Below are positions 1 through 10,589 of a stretch of DNA of 56,489 bases, in pieces (within the stretch, counting starts at the first letter, position 1; every line of letters begins with the position of its first letter). The notes under the pieces are model-generated. The model had not been told where the DNA came from. It was given only the letters and a program-made list of their open reading frames with translations, and made no database searches. Both the position numbers and the translations under genes were made by a program. Origin of the DNA: a virus (Duplodnaviria; Caudoviricetes); the IMG/VR virus record IMGVR_UViG_3300042475_003016, positions 1 through 56,489 of that record; one strand, 5' to 3'.

Positions 1-131
1 GAAACCAGGGGCGGTAGCCAACTGGATGAACGTTAAGTGGGGGGTGGGGGGAATGAAGTTATGGTATCTATGTGTATAAATTATTTAATATAATTAATAA
101 TTGTATTATATTTATATATAAACAATAAGAT

Positions 132-920
132 ATGAGAAACAGGTTAAATGAAGGTATTGGTAGAATACATAATATTATGTATAAGGATATTATTAGTGAA
201 CAAGCCACACCTAAAGTTGATTTTAATACATTAGCAACAACTATAATTAATAAATTAGAAGGTGGCTACTATCATCCTAATATGCTAAGAGATGGTAGGA
301 TTAGAGATAGTAGATATGGTGCTTCTGGTGAAACATTATATGGTATGGATAGAAAGCATGGTAAAGATTTTACCAATTCCCCAGAGGGAATTAAGTTTTG
401 GGAGTTGATTGATAGATTGGATGCAAAGAATAAATGGGAATGGAATTCTATGGGTGGACAGTATGAAGGTGAGTTGAAGAAATTGGCTATTAATATGATT
501 AGACCTAAGTATAATGAATTTTTAAATAGATATGTTAAAGATAAGAATATAGTTGATTTGATTAATTCTAATGCTGGTATATGTATTAACTTTATATATG
601 CTGTATGGAATGGTGAAAAGTATTTTAAAGAAATGGCTAATATTATTGTTAGGGATTATAATAATAATATTAAAGACCCCAACGTTTTAGTTTCTAACTT
701 ACTTAAATATAGAAAGAGTCACACCAGTTCTTTAATTAGACAAGGTGGTGCTAGACTTGAAAATATAATAAATGATAATAACTATGCTAATGTTCAATCA
801 GCAGGATCTGATACTTCTGATGTTGAAAATGAAGTTAGTAATAGTGGTTCTGAATTTTTAAATAAATTATATAGTACAGCGTTACAAAGTATATCTTCCG
901 CAGGTGAGGGTAAGAAATAA
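132..920 (+). CDS. Putative GH108-like lysozyme / peptidoglycan hydrolase, probably virion-associated
   Basis: LEGGY...GETLYG resembles the GH108 EGGY...GET.YG motif; N-terminal RLNE leader; TATTTATA at 109-116. Confidence 0.55.
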   Translation: MRNRLNEGIGRIHNIMYKDIISEQATPKVDFNTLATTIINKLEGGYYHPNMLRDGRIRDSRYGASGETLYGMDRKHGKDFTNSPEGIKFWELIDRLDAKNKWEWNSMGGQYEGELKKLAINMIRPKYNEFLNRYVKDKNIVDLINSNAGICINFIYAVWNGEKYFKEMANIIVRDYNNNIKDPNVLVSNLLKYRKSHTSSLIRQGGARLENIINDNNYANVQSAGSDTSDVENEVSNSGSEFLNKLYSTALQSISSAGEGKK

Positions 921-1009
921 GCCCCGTATTTGGCTTCTAACGAACATTAATTGTATTGGTTGGTTCTTATATTGTTTTGTTATAAAAGTTTGTTGTGCGT
1001 TATCTAAAT

Positions 1010-1047
1010 AAGAAAGGAGAGGATTTTTACGTCCCCTCCTTTTCTTT
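1010..1047. terminator. Bidirectional intrinsic terminator between convergent genes
   Basis: AAGAAAGGAGAGGA...TCCCCTCCTTTTCTT inverted repeat. Confidence 0.7.
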
Positions 1048-2918
1048 TATTTGCTTGTTACCTCCTCGTATTCAATATCAGTTGCACTAGCATCATTCTC
1101 TGGTGTTTGGTTATTTGCATTCTCATACATTACCTTAGATACATTCTGCATAATATCATTAATACTATTCATTAATGAATCTAATTCATCCATCCTTTGT
1201 TCTGAATGTGCCGATCTTAATTGCGTTAGCAAATCATTTAGATTGGTCTTAATATCCTCAGTCAAGTATTGTGAATCCATTTCTTTCATCTGCTTCTCAA
1301 CCTGGAAGATTAAACTATCAACCTCATTTAATTTAATCACCTTCTCCAATGTTATTCTATCAGCATCAGCATTCGCCAATGCTTCATTTCTCATTCTATC
1401 AATCTCTTCTTTGCTCAATCCAGTCGATGCCTCAATCCTTATTGATTGCTCCTTATTGGTTCCCTTGTCCTTTGCACTTACACTCAATATACCATTAGCA
1501 TCAATATCAAACGATACCTCAATCTGGGGAATACCCCTTTGCGCTGGTGGTAAACCATCCAATATGAATTTTCCAATTCCCCTATTATCTTGTGCCATCT
1601 TTCTTTCCCCTTGTAATATGTTAATCTCAACACTAGGCTGGTTATCAATTGCTGTGGAATATACCTTTGATTTTCTTGTGGGTATGGTAGAATTGGCCTC
1701 AATAACCACATCAAATATTCCACCAGATGTTTCAATTCCCAATGATAATGGCGTAACATCCAATAATAACACATCCTTAACATCACCACTTAATACACCA
1801 CCTTGTATGGCAGCACCAATCGCAACAACCTCATCAGGATTTACATTCTTGCTTGGCTTCTTGCCAAAGAACTTCTCAACCGCCTCTTGTACCTTCGGTA
1901 TTCTTGTGGATCCCCCAACCAATATCACCTCGTTTATTTGTGATAACTTTAATCCAGAATCCTTTAACGCTTTTTTACACGGTGCAAGACTTCTCTCAAT
2001 AAGTGGCTCAATCATCTGCTCAAATTTTGAACGGCTTAACTTGGCAACAAAATGCTTTGGAACACCATCAATCGCTGTTATATATGGTAAATTAATCTCA
2101 GTTTCAATTGATGATGATAATTCAATCTTAGCCTTCTCAGATGCCTCAATTATTCTTTGTAGTGCAATGGAATCCTTTCTTAAATCAATACCTTCTTGAC
2201 TCTTAAATGTATCAATCAACCAGTCAATAATGACACCATCAAAATCATCACCACCAAGATTGGTATCACCATTGGTTGACTTCACCTCAAATACTCCATC
2301 ACCCAATTCCAATATTGATACGTCAAATGTTCCACCACCCAAATCATATACAGCAATGGTCATCTCCTTATTCAATTTGTCCATACCATAAGCCAAAGCA
2401 GCAGCAGTCGGTTCATTGATAATCCTTAATATGTTTAATCCAGCAATCTCCCCAGCCTCCTTGGTGGCTTGTCTCTGCGAATCGTTGAAGTATGCTGGAA
2501 CCGTTACAACAGCATCCTTTACCTCTTGTCCCAGATAATCCTCCGCAACCTTCTTCATCTTCTGTAATACAATTGCTGATATCTCCTGGGGGGTATAAAA
2601 CTTATCATCAATCGCCACCTTTATTGTGTCATTACTCCCCTTGCTAACCTTATAGGATAATGAATTGGCCTCCTTCTTAATCTCCGAAAAACGCTTTCCC
2701 ATAAATCGCTTTATGGATGAAATTGTCTTCTCTGGATTAGTTACAGATTGCCTCTTTGCTGAATCACCAATCTTCCTATTACCATCACCAAGAAACGCCA
2801 CAATGGATGGGGTTGTTCTTCTACCCTCATCATTAGGAATGACAATAGCTTCATTCCCTTCCATAACAGATACACACGAATTCGTTGTACCCAAATCTAT
2901 TCCAATAATTTTGCCCAT
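1047..2918 (-). CDS. dnaK: Molecular chaperone DnaK (Hsp70)
   Basis: [32 protein letters not shown] motifs; true start most likely MGKIIG at 2918 rather than 2963. Confidence 0.97.
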   Translation of the reverse strand: MGKIIGIDLGTTNSCVSVMEGNEAIVIPNDEGRRTTPSIVAFLGDGNRKIGDSAKRQSVTNPEKTISSIKRFMGKRFSEIKKEANSLSYKVSKGSNDTIKVAIDDKFYTPQEISAIVLQKMKKVAEDYLGQEVKDAVVTVPAYFNDSQRQATKEAGEIAGLNILRIINEPTAAALAYGMDKLNKEMTIAVYDLGGGTFDVSILELGDGVFEVKSTNGDTNLGGDDFDGVIIDWLIDTFKSQEGIDLRKDSIALQRIIEASEKAKIELSSSIETEINLPYITAIDGVPKHFVAKLSRSKFEQMIEPLIERSLAPCKKALKDSGLKLSQINEVILVGGSTRIPKVQEAVEKFFGKKPSKNVNPDEVVAIGAAIQGGVLSGDVKDVLLLDVTPLSLGIETSGGIFDVVIEANSTIPTRKSKVYSTAIDNQPSVEINILQGERKMAQDNRGIGKFILDGLPPAQRGIPQIEVSFDIDANGILSVSAKDKGTNKEQSIRIEASTGLSKEEIDRMRNEALANADADRITLEKVIKLNEVDSLIFQVEKQMKEMDSQYLTEDIKTNLNDLLTQLRSAHSEQRMDELDSLMNSINDIMQNVSKVMYENANNQTPENDASATDIEYEEVTSK

Positions 2919-2972
2919 ATATTTGTTTTTTAAAAAAATAAAAAAATAATACCAATATATCAAGTTATAAAT

Positions 2973-3010
2973 AAAAAAAAACCATCCAAAATTAATCTTG
3001 AATGGTTTTT
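2973..3010 (-). terminator. Intrinsic terminator after the SNase gene
   Basis: Minus strand AAAAACCATTCAAG-ATTAAT-TTTGGATGGTTTTTTTT hairpin with U tract. Confidence 0.6.
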
Positions 3011-3033
3011 CAATATGTTATGCTGCAATCAAT

Positions 3034-3453
3034 TTAAAGGATAATAAAACCCTTCTCAACCAAATACTGCTGGTTCTCATAATGCTTGGCAATCTGTTCA
3101 TCCCTGGTTAAATTCTTATAATTTATTGCCAGTTTGTTTTCAAGTAAACCATCATTAAGGTTAAACCCATCTTGCGTAATTATGGTAGCCAATAATCTGC
3201 CATACTTCTCACGCTTGTCCAATATAGTCTTAATTGTCACCTTAGATCCAACTGGTAAATTGTCATACAAATATCTTGTAGCCAATACCGCCTGCAATCT
3301 TAATAATGGGTCCTCAGAGTTCATCTCTGGTGTGTCAAGACCATACAATCTAATCTTTGTTTCATTCATAAACATGTAAAACCCCAAGTCAATGTCAAGA
3401 ACAAGACTGTCCCCATCAATAACTCTCTTTACTGTTGCTTTGTACTCATACAT
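3034..3453 (-). CDS. Thermonuclease (SNase-like) family protein
   Basis: RVIDGDS, IRLYGLDTPE, EKYGRLLA motifs. Confidence 0.88.
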   Translation of the reverse strand: MYEYKATVKRVIDGDSLVLDIDLGFYMFMNETKIRLYGLDTPEMNSEDPLLRLQAVLATRYLYDNLPVGSKVTIKTILDKREKYGRLLATIITQDGFNLNDGLLENKLAINYKNLTRDEQIAKHYENQQYLVEKGFIIL

Positions 3454-3489
3454 AATTTTGTGTTTTTTATTATCTATAAATACTATGTA

Positions 3490-3714
3490 TTATTTTATTT
3501 CAGTGTTAGTAACTTGTTTATTAATTACCTTCTCAATAAAAACTCTCGATTGCATAATATATTTTGCTTCATTTGACATAGGCATATTATTAACAATCCA
3601 TTTGCAATATGATATGTCAGTATCTAGTACATAGTCAATGTATTTACCTCTGTATTTACCGAAGAAAAACTTTAATCCAGATTTTCGTAGTATAAACTGA
3701 TTCAGTGTTTCCAT
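3490..3714 (-). CDS. Small DUF3820 / ExoX C-terminal-like protein
   Basis: FGKYRGK...D.SYCKWI motif. Confidence 0.55.
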   Translation of the reverse strand: METLNQFILRKSGLKFFFGKYRGKYIDYVLDTDISYCKWIVNNMPMSNEAKYIMQSRVFIEKVINKQVTNTEIK

Positions 3715-3721
3715 ATATTAT

Positions 3722-4018
3722 TTATTTTTTATAGTGGTCAGAACAATATACCCTGTACTTATGCAGTTCACCATTATCAGTATATTCATAATATCCATCA
3801 TATCCATTTATATCTGGATATTTCCCATCAAATGGTGTAAACTTTAAATCTTTAAGGAATTCATCATATTCCCTGTCATATTCACCTTCCTTTTTATTTA
3901 TGCCAAATCCTATTTCATGATGGTAGTCATAAATGAATTTCTTTATATCATCAAAATCATCAACAACACCAATTGGTATGCTGGTATCAAATTGGCATAT
4001 AACATGTGTGTAGTTCAT
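3722..4018 (-). CDS. Hypothetical protein
   Basis: 98 aa ORF in a tightly packed operon. Confidence 0.6.
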   Translation of the reverse strand: MNYTHVICQFDTSIPIGVVDDFDDIKKFIYDYHHEIGFGINKKEGEYDREYDEFLKDLKFTPFDGKYPDINGYDGYYEYTDNGELHKYRVYCSDHYKK

Positions 4019-4023
4019 AGTTC

Positions 4024-4551
4024 TTATTGTTTATATAGTGTCCTAATAAAATCATACAACCCCCTACTATCATCAATATATTTAATTTCCTCATCATTGT
4101 AACGATCACCATCTAATGTTCTTTTAATTACAACCAATTCATCATCCCCCAGATACAAAAACGTTCCAACAAAATTATCCCTTCCTTTTAGTCTCCAAAC
4201 ATATCCCCCACCCCAATCTGCATTATTTGTAAATGGATTCTTATCTAAATGTTTGCTAATAACCCTCTTTAATTTTTCATCATTACTGAATATATCTTCA
4301 TCATCAGTATATTCATCATAGAATAACTTATTACCATCAGCATCATATGTGCTATCATCATCACCAAATATCCATTCTTCCAGACCTGGGTCAATATTGT
4401 CCTCCCCAAACTGCTTTAAATAGGTTCTCTCATCATATGTTAAACTTTGCTTTCCATCCTTGTTAATCTTGTCAAGCAATTGGTCAACATTATCCCTATT
4501 TTCATTAATGAAATCTCTTATTGCTGTTGATATAATTTTTCTTAATTTCAT
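4024..4551 (-). CDS. Hypothetical late / virion-type protein
   Basis: Leader MKLRKIISTAIRDFINEN; TATTTATA upstream (4563-4570). Confidence 0.65.
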   Translation of the reverse strand: MKLRKIISTAIRDFINENRDNVDQLLDKINKDGKQSLTYDERTYLKQFGEDNIDPGLEEWIFGDDDSTYDADGNKLFYDEYTDDEDIFSNDEKLKRVISKHLDKNPFTNNADWGGGYVWRLKGRDNFVGTFLYLGDDELVVIKRTLDGDRYNDEEIKYIDDSRGLYDFIRTLYKQ

Positions 4552-4590
4552 ATACTTTATTTTATAAATATATACAATTAATTTTACATA

Positions 4591-4851
4591 TTACGGATGC
4601 TTATAATCCTTCTCCAATAAATCATATAATTGATTAACCGTTCTTGGTCCATCAACATTGGATGGTGTGGCTCCCCAATTTATATCATACATAAACCAGT
4701 TAATCCACTCCAATCCAATGTTATTATAATGTTTCAACATCGTATTGTTGAATACATCAATGATAGTGTTTAGCAGTTTCTCATCTATTTCACTATTATT
4801 CTGATACATTTTAAAATTGTTCAGAAGAGTATTAAATTTTTTCTTATCCAT
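4591..4851 (-). CDS. Hypothetical protein, similar to ORF 25387-25704
   Basis: G.(E/D)W..WF...(D/E)..(W/F)G and L(Y/W)..LE motifs shared with 25387-25704. Confidence 0.6.
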   Translation of the reverse strand: MDKKKFNTLLNNFKMYQNNSEIDEKLLNTIIDVFNNTMLKHYNNIGLEWINWFMYDINWGATPSNVDGPRTVNQLYDLLEKDYKHP

Positions 4852-5307
4852 CTATGAATGATATGCTCTTGATGTTAATGATGAACAATTCTTGAAACAA
4901 CCTTGTCCAGCACCTTCAATGTACCCTATTCTATAATCAATATGCGTTCCAATACTATATGGTGTTTCAATACCACACATAACACAAATATCCTTATTAT
5001 TTAAATCAATTGGTTTCAAACCATCTGGAATTTGTGGTACATTATGATATTCCCAACCTTCTGAGCCATCATATTCCCACCTAGTCATCCAAGTTCCATC
5101 CTCAAACCAAATAATCCCATATAACTCTTGTAATCCATAACCAGCATCATATTCAAAATCAAGAGTTTTCAAAAAAACCTGGTAATCTTCTTCAGTATGA
5201 CCAACCTTTAAAATTGTTCCTCTCTCCTGACTATACATGCTGATGTCTACACACTTAACGGTTTTATCCCTAACAGTAGCCAAAAATTCACTCTTTGCAT
5301 TAATCAT
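4852..5307 (-). CDS. Conserved phage hypothetical protein
   Basis: YDAGYGLQELYGIIWFEDGTW..R.EYDGSE.W motif; C-terminal CxxC. Confidence 0.65.
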   Translation of the reverse strand: MINAKSEFLATVRDKTVKCVDISMYSQERGTILKVGHTEEDYQVFLKTLDFEYDAGYGLQELYGIIWFEDGTWMTRWEYDGSEGWEYHNVPQIPDGLKPIDLNNKDICVMCGIETPYSIGTHIDYRIGYIEGAGQGCFKNCSSLTSRAYHS

Positions 5308-5337
5308 ATTAATATTTTTTTATTTGTTAAATTGTTG

Positions 5338-5419
5338 TGGGGATGGAGGGACTCGAACCCTCACGCCTTGCGACACCAGGTTCTAAGCCTGGTATGTATA
5401 CCGATTCCATCACACCCCC
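5338..5419 (-). tRNA. tRNA-Leu(TAG)
   Basis: GGGGGTG/CATCCCC acceptor, CCAGG-CTTAGAA-CCTGG anticodon arm, long variable arm, GTTCGAGTC T-loop. Confidence 0.92.
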
Positions 5420-5437
5420 TTCTCAATCAAGATTAAA

Positions 5438-5761
5438 TTACTTTGATTTAAGTTTTTCAACCTCAACCAGTAAATCATAAATCTCTTCCCTCAATTCAGA
5501 ACTAATAATCCCCAATCTCTTGTCAACATAATCTGTGTCCCTCATATTGGTTCTGACTTCATCAAGAACATCCCGTTTTAAATCTTCAATTCTCTTACTC
5601 AGAGTATCGAACATATGGGTTTGATAAACGTCATTCTCGCTTATAAATGAATCAAAACTCTTCCTAAGTTTTAGTACTAATTTTAATCCAATTACTGAAA
5701 TAACTGACACAGCTAAAACTAATACGGTTACTACACCGTAGATAAAAGATAAAATGTCCAT
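5438..5761 (-). CDS. Membrane-anchored coiled-coil hypothetical protein
   Basis: Hydrophobic N-terminal helix followed by heptad-like charged region. Confidence 0.6.
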   Translation of the reverse strand: MDILSFIYGVVTVLVLAVSVISVIGLKLVLKLRKSFDSFISENDVYQTHMFDTLSKRIEDLKRDVLDEVRTNMRDTDYVDKRLGIISSELREEIYDLLVEVEKLKSK

Positions 5762-5860
5762 AATTTTTAGTTTTTAATAACTTTAATAAGTCCACTAGAT
5801 AATACAATACTAACCTTTACTGGATTTTCCATAATATTTAGTTTTAATTTATTTGATGCA

Positions 5861-5868
5861 CAAATATA
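5861..5868 (-). promoter_or_regulatory. Bacteroidota sigma -7 promoter element TAnnTTTG (representative copy)
   Basis: TATATTTG on minus strand; similar copies at 12492, 13823, 16583, 17816, 18895, 20370, 21143, 26245, 28044, 40226, 40744, 41148, 42247, 56121, many with TTTG/TTGG about 20 nt upstream. Confidence 0.75.
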
Positions 5869-5910
5869 CAAACATTATCTGAATAATACAATAGCATTTT
5901 GAAATTATTT

Positions 5911-6660
5911 TTAATCAAAAGGTACACTTGTCCCCCTCTTCTTAACAACCAAAGATGACATCTCATTTGCAAAAAATATGCTCTCTTCAATATCATTTGT
6001 CTCCAATATCTTTAACCCAAATGCTGCGGTAAATGTATCACCAGCACCACTTACATCAATTGTCTTCATATTCTCCTTCTGCTTGTACTTTCTGTTATGG
6101 TATAAAACACCATCACCACCCATTGTAATGATAACCTTACCTAGATATTCATCACCAATAATATCCTCATTATTGTCATATTCAGATTCATTCAATTTGA
6201 CATAACTAACCACATCCAATATCTCCTTGGTCAATTTTCTCTTTGTGTCTAGGATTGTTGGCTTATTTAATTTGCAAATATTGACAATATCCCTATCACT
6301 CAAAAACCCCTTATTATAATCTGATATAATAATCAAATCTGTATTATTTAGTATATAGGATCCAATATTATTGATATTAAACTTATCAAGAAACTGCTCA
6401 CCATCATCAATTCTGATGAATGTATGATTGCTCTTATAATCCACATATCTGGTCTTGGTTATCTTTTTATCGTTGGTCATAACCACAACAAAGGCATCTC
6501 TATTAATGCTCTCCAGGTTGTTCCTAACGTTTAAGGCCATACCCCCAGACTTAACCTCCTTAATTACTTTTAATACCGGGACAGGTGCTTCTGGGGACAA
6601 CCTATCACTCTTTGTGTAGATATACACATCTTCACAACTTTCGCCAATGACTAATATCAT
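5911..6660 (-). CDS. PfkB-family carbohydrate kinase, RfaE/HldA heptose-7-phosphate kinase-like
   Basis: RLSPEAPVPV, SDYNKG, DVSGAGDT motifs. Confidence 0.85.
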   Translation of the reverse strand: MILVIGESCEDVYIYTKSDRLSPEAPVPVLKVIKEVKSGGMALNVRNNLESINRDAFVVVMTNDKKITKTRYVDYKSNHTFIRIDDGEQFLDKFNINNIGSYILNNTDLIIISDYNKGFLSDRDIVNICKLNKPTILDTKRKLTKEILDVVSYVKLNESEYDNNEDIIGDEYLGKVIITMGGDGVLYHNRKYKQKENMKTIDVSGAGDTFTAAFGLKILETNDIEESIFFANEMSSLVVKKRGTSVPFD

Positions 6661-6672
6661 AATTTTATTTTT

Positions 6673-9463
6673 TTAAAACTTGTTCCACATCATTAACCTT
6701 AAATTAAGTCTAGTGGGATTAACAACTTGTCCAATCTGGTCATCCAAAACCAAATTCAATTTACTTGATATCCTAACCCGTAAGTTAATACCTATATTTA
6801 TTGGAGGTAGTTTATTGTGCAACCTATTGATGGGGAAACTAATTGCATCATATTCTGTGTTTTCCATATTTTCACAATTCATTAACATTTTGTATTTCAG
6901 TTATTATCATAGTCTGCGACCTAATTGGGATTGAAATGGTATGCCTAGCAATTCTAATCATTTCATCTGGAAGAATATTTCGCAACAACACAAAATTATT
7001 TGTCTGACATTCCACAACTTTAGCAATCTTTTGTTTAATGTTTTCCATCTTTATTTAAATTTACTCTTAATCCCAGACACCAAACTTCTGGTAGAATTAA
7101 AAACTATTTGATTCATTATTGGTAGAAGCATCATATCAATGCATTTTGTCCTTACATTTTTATCAACTATACTTGGAAGTATAGTTCTTTTCAAAGATAG
7201 TTTATTCCAAATTTTATTATATATTTTTTCTTCTATGTTTTTCATATATGAACAGCATTAATTCCTGCATTTGATATCTCATCCTTAATTTTGTAATATG
7301 TTTTATCTCTTACATGACTACATGATTTTTTTGCTGTATTACTTTCAACTATATACTTTAAATTGTTCTCCAGTAAATACCACAATTGTTTGCCAATATG
7401 TTGCTTAACATTTTTCATAGTTTTAAATTTTCTTTTGTAATATGAATTAATTGTGGATAGGTTATCAGCAATTTTTCTCTAACATCATTAGCCAATTCAG
7501 TTTCCACATTTTCATCCACTGTATTACTTAATTTAATCTCAAGTAAATAAAATATTTGATTGAGTATTTTTGTTTTAACATTTCTCATATTTTCACGCTA
7601 GTTTTCACATCAAATAACAAAGGTTCCACTTGTTCAGAAACTGACATAAGCAATCTTCCATATATTTTAATATGCAAATCAGTTGTTATTTTGTTTAGCA
7701 ACTCATTTTGAATGAACTTTCTGTCATATCCTGGTGGATTACCCCGACTGGTCAATATTTCAAAAGAAATAATATCTAAAATATTTTTCATTTTTTAAAT
7801 TTTTAGTATTAAAAAAATGATTTATCATACACTCTATCTTGTATTTGTTCAAACATTGTATTACCTATTTGTTCAGATAATGGAATGAATATTCTTCCAG
7901 ATACTTGCATATATAATTCATTTGATGTTTTCTTAATTAATTTATTTTGAATTACCGTATTATTACGCTTGTTAATATCTAAACGGATAGTCCATATATC
8001 ATAACCAATACTTCCTGATATATTTTGCATTTTTAAATTTTGTTAGTATTAAAAGTTATTTGCCTATTTGGTTCATAAGTGCTTGTTTCAATCTGTTCAG
8101 CAATTGGCTTATTTAAACCAGCAGATACTCTCATAAAAAGATTATATGATGTTTCTTCCCTTAACTCTGTTTTAAGATCCAAATTGTGTAAAGCCAATCT
8201 AATGTTAATATTAAACTGAATATTCCTCATTGTCCAGTTAGTTTTAGTTTAATTTCTTTTTTTTCAATCATAGGTATGAATTTTGTCTCCTTATCCACTT
8301 GAATTCTGATAATACCAGGAATATAATCCATTGTTCTATAAACCATTCGCATAATTAATTGGTTTACTTTAACTTCTATATTAATAGCGTTTTTCATAAT
8401 TTATTTTTCGTATTGATAACCTGAATAAATTTTCATTCACTTGTTCATATATGGGTGCTAATATATATTTTTGGACAACTATCCTAGACCAAGGATTATT
8501 GTGTAATTTTTTTGTAATTATATTACTAATTTCACATCTAACATTGTTCTGGACATTAAATATAATATCACCGTTGACTTTAACCATAATATACATTTTC
8601 TGTTACTTGTATATAGAATTTATCTCTCATTTGACCACATAATATATCACCCACTTTGTCCCATGCTTTAATTCTTGCTGGGGTGCTCACTTTCTCACTC
8701 ATTCGAAAAACTAATTGATTTCCTACCCGACAACCCACTCTTTCATATACATTCTTCATGATTTTACATTTTGTTTTAATTGCGCCAATAATTGATTAGA
8801 TGCTTGAACCCATACTTGATTGCCTATTTTATTCCATGCTTGATTCCATAATTTACCCTCCACTTGAACCACTAGTTTACTTCCTACTTGTTCTCTCACT
8901 TTACTTATTATATTTGTCATATTATTTTAGAATTTTGCTTAACTGAAATAAGATTACTCTCAACTAAAACAAATAACGGATTAAAGACTTGTGTTGCCAC
9001 TTGAATTTGAAGTTCATACCCAACCTGGACATCAACTTGATTTCCTATAAACCGCCTAATTTTCTCCCCCACTTCCACCAATATTTGTTCACTAACATTC
9101 ACCATATTCATTTTAATTTAAAATTATTCAAAACTTGTGCAAACACTCGGCTAGCCAATAAGTTATTCATAACACTCATACATTCAATGTAATATATTTT
9201 CTTCCACTCATAGGATAATTTGGATAACAACACATATTGTAAATTAATATTTAATTGATTTTTTTTTCCAATATTTGTTATTTTCATTTCAATTTTAAAT
9301 TAGCCAAAACTTGATTATATAATCTGGTATTTATAAAATCATATACTATTGTTCTATTCTTAACAGCATAAGTTCTGTTAATCCCCCCTGGCACTTTGAA
9401 AAACATTGTATATCCCAAATTAGCACTTAAAAAATCAGATATTATTGTATTGTTATTAATCAT
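6673..9463 (-). repeat. Tandem array 1 of 15 small paralogous ORFs (about 54-73 aa)
   Basis: ORFs 6673-6867, 6872-7048, 7051-7245, 7242-7418, 7415-7588, 7585-7791, 7809-8030, 8033-8230, 8227-8397, 8381-8587, 8580-8759, 8756-8920, 8917-9111, 9108-9287, 9284-9463. Those under 60 aa were translated by hand. Most start MxN(I/V) and many overlap by ATGA. Confidence 0.75.
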
Positions 9464-10382
9464 TTTTATTATGAATGTTTTTAAATATATGTGAAATAAC
9501 ACTAACTGTCCACCCATTTCCCAACATTTTATATCTATGTGAATCCAATAAACCAACATTTGTGTAATTGTCCGGAACTGTTTGCAAACGTTCACATTCC
9601 AAAGGTGTTGGTATTCTCAAATAGTCATCAGATAATTTTATGTTTGTTGATCCTGAATTGGATATTCCATGCCCAGATGTTGTTAATGTCTTTGACTTTC
9701 TTTCTGGTGGTCTAATATTACCCCTAGATTTGCTATAAGATAATGTTCCCTCTTTCTTCTTATAGAACCTCTCTGTGATGTTATATTTGTCAGCCACACT
9801 TTCCTCCATAATATCCCTTAAATACAATCCTAAGTCATCTGGCTGCCCCACATTTGGAATATTTGTCCAATACAATCTCTTCCTATCTTGGGCTGAAACA
9901 AGATTTGAATTTATCATTATTGGTTCAACCCCCAAAGTATCACTTATTACCTTTTTCCAATAATCTTTCATCATCACATTCTCCAATAGAAAATATGTTG
10001 GGTTTGTTTCCTTTAATAATCTAACATATTCCCAGAACAAATAAGATTCACCCTCAAATTCAAATCCAGCTTCTTTTAATGACAAATATGAGTCCAAAGA
10101 TAATATCTCTTTCTCATCTTTTGTTGCCATACCTTTCATCTTCCCAGCAAAAGAAAATGATTGACAAGGCGAACCACCCATAATCAAATCAATTTTATCC
10201 AAATCCTTGCCATTAACTTTTGAAACATCACCCAACTGGATTGTGTTAGGAAAATTATGTTGGGTTACCTTTATTGAGTTCTTTTCAATTTCAGATGCAT
10301 AGTATTTGCCATAATGAACATTAGCCCTATTAAGGGCTAACTGACCACAAGACATACCATCAAACAAGCTAAGTATATTCAT
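9456..10382 (-). CDS. DNA (cytosine-5) methyltransferase
   Basis: LSLFDG, GGSPCQSFS, LLENV, Q.RKRLYW, GNGW motifs. Confidence 0.93.
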   Translation of the reverse strand: MNILSLFDGMSCGQLALNRANVHYGKYYASEIEKNSIKVTQHNFPNTIQLGDVSKVNGKDLDKIDLIMGGSPCQSFSFAGKMKGMATKDEKEILSLDSYLSLKEAGFEFEGESYLFWEYVRLLKETNPTYFLLENVMMKDYWKKVISDTLGVEPIMINSNLVSAQDRKRLYWTNIPNVGQPDDLGLYLRDIMEESVADKYNITERFYKKKEGTLSYSKSRGNIRPPERKSKTLTTSGHGISNSGSTNIKLSDDYLRIPTPLECERLQTVPDNYTNVGLLDSHRYKMLGNGWTVSVISHIFKNIHNKND

Positions 10383-10388
10383 ATATAT

Positions 10389-10571
10389 TTAAATTTTTAA
10401 TTTAGTAAAATCTGGTATATTTAATTCATCTAATGCTGTAGTAGTGAATTGCTCTCCACTATCCTCACATTTATAATAATGAAAATTAATCTCAAATGTT
10501 TCACCCTTGAAAGAAATTAATCTCTTTTCATTATACAACTTCATTTGTTTACCAGTTATTGGACTTTTCAT
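10389..10571 (-). CDS. Stand-alone N-terminal domain of a Bacteroidota MqsA-like / Panacea-type antitoxin
   Basis: MKSPITGK.M...R...F..E.F...FHYY.CEDSGEQFTT..LDELN matches my recollection of that N-terminus; no HTH or C-terminal domain. Confidence 0.6.
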   Translation of the reverse strand: MKSPITGKQMKLYNEKRLISFKGETFEINFHYYKCEDSGEQFTTTALDELNIPDFTKLKI

Positions 10572-10589
10572 TGTCTAAAATATTTGTTG

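Noticed and set aside
1-51. GC/G-rich stretch at the window start
   Set aside because: Truncated by the window edge and cannot be assigned.
1051-2199. 382 aa plus-strand ORF
   Set aside because: Antisense shadow of dnaK, a well-known artefact for Hsp70 genes.
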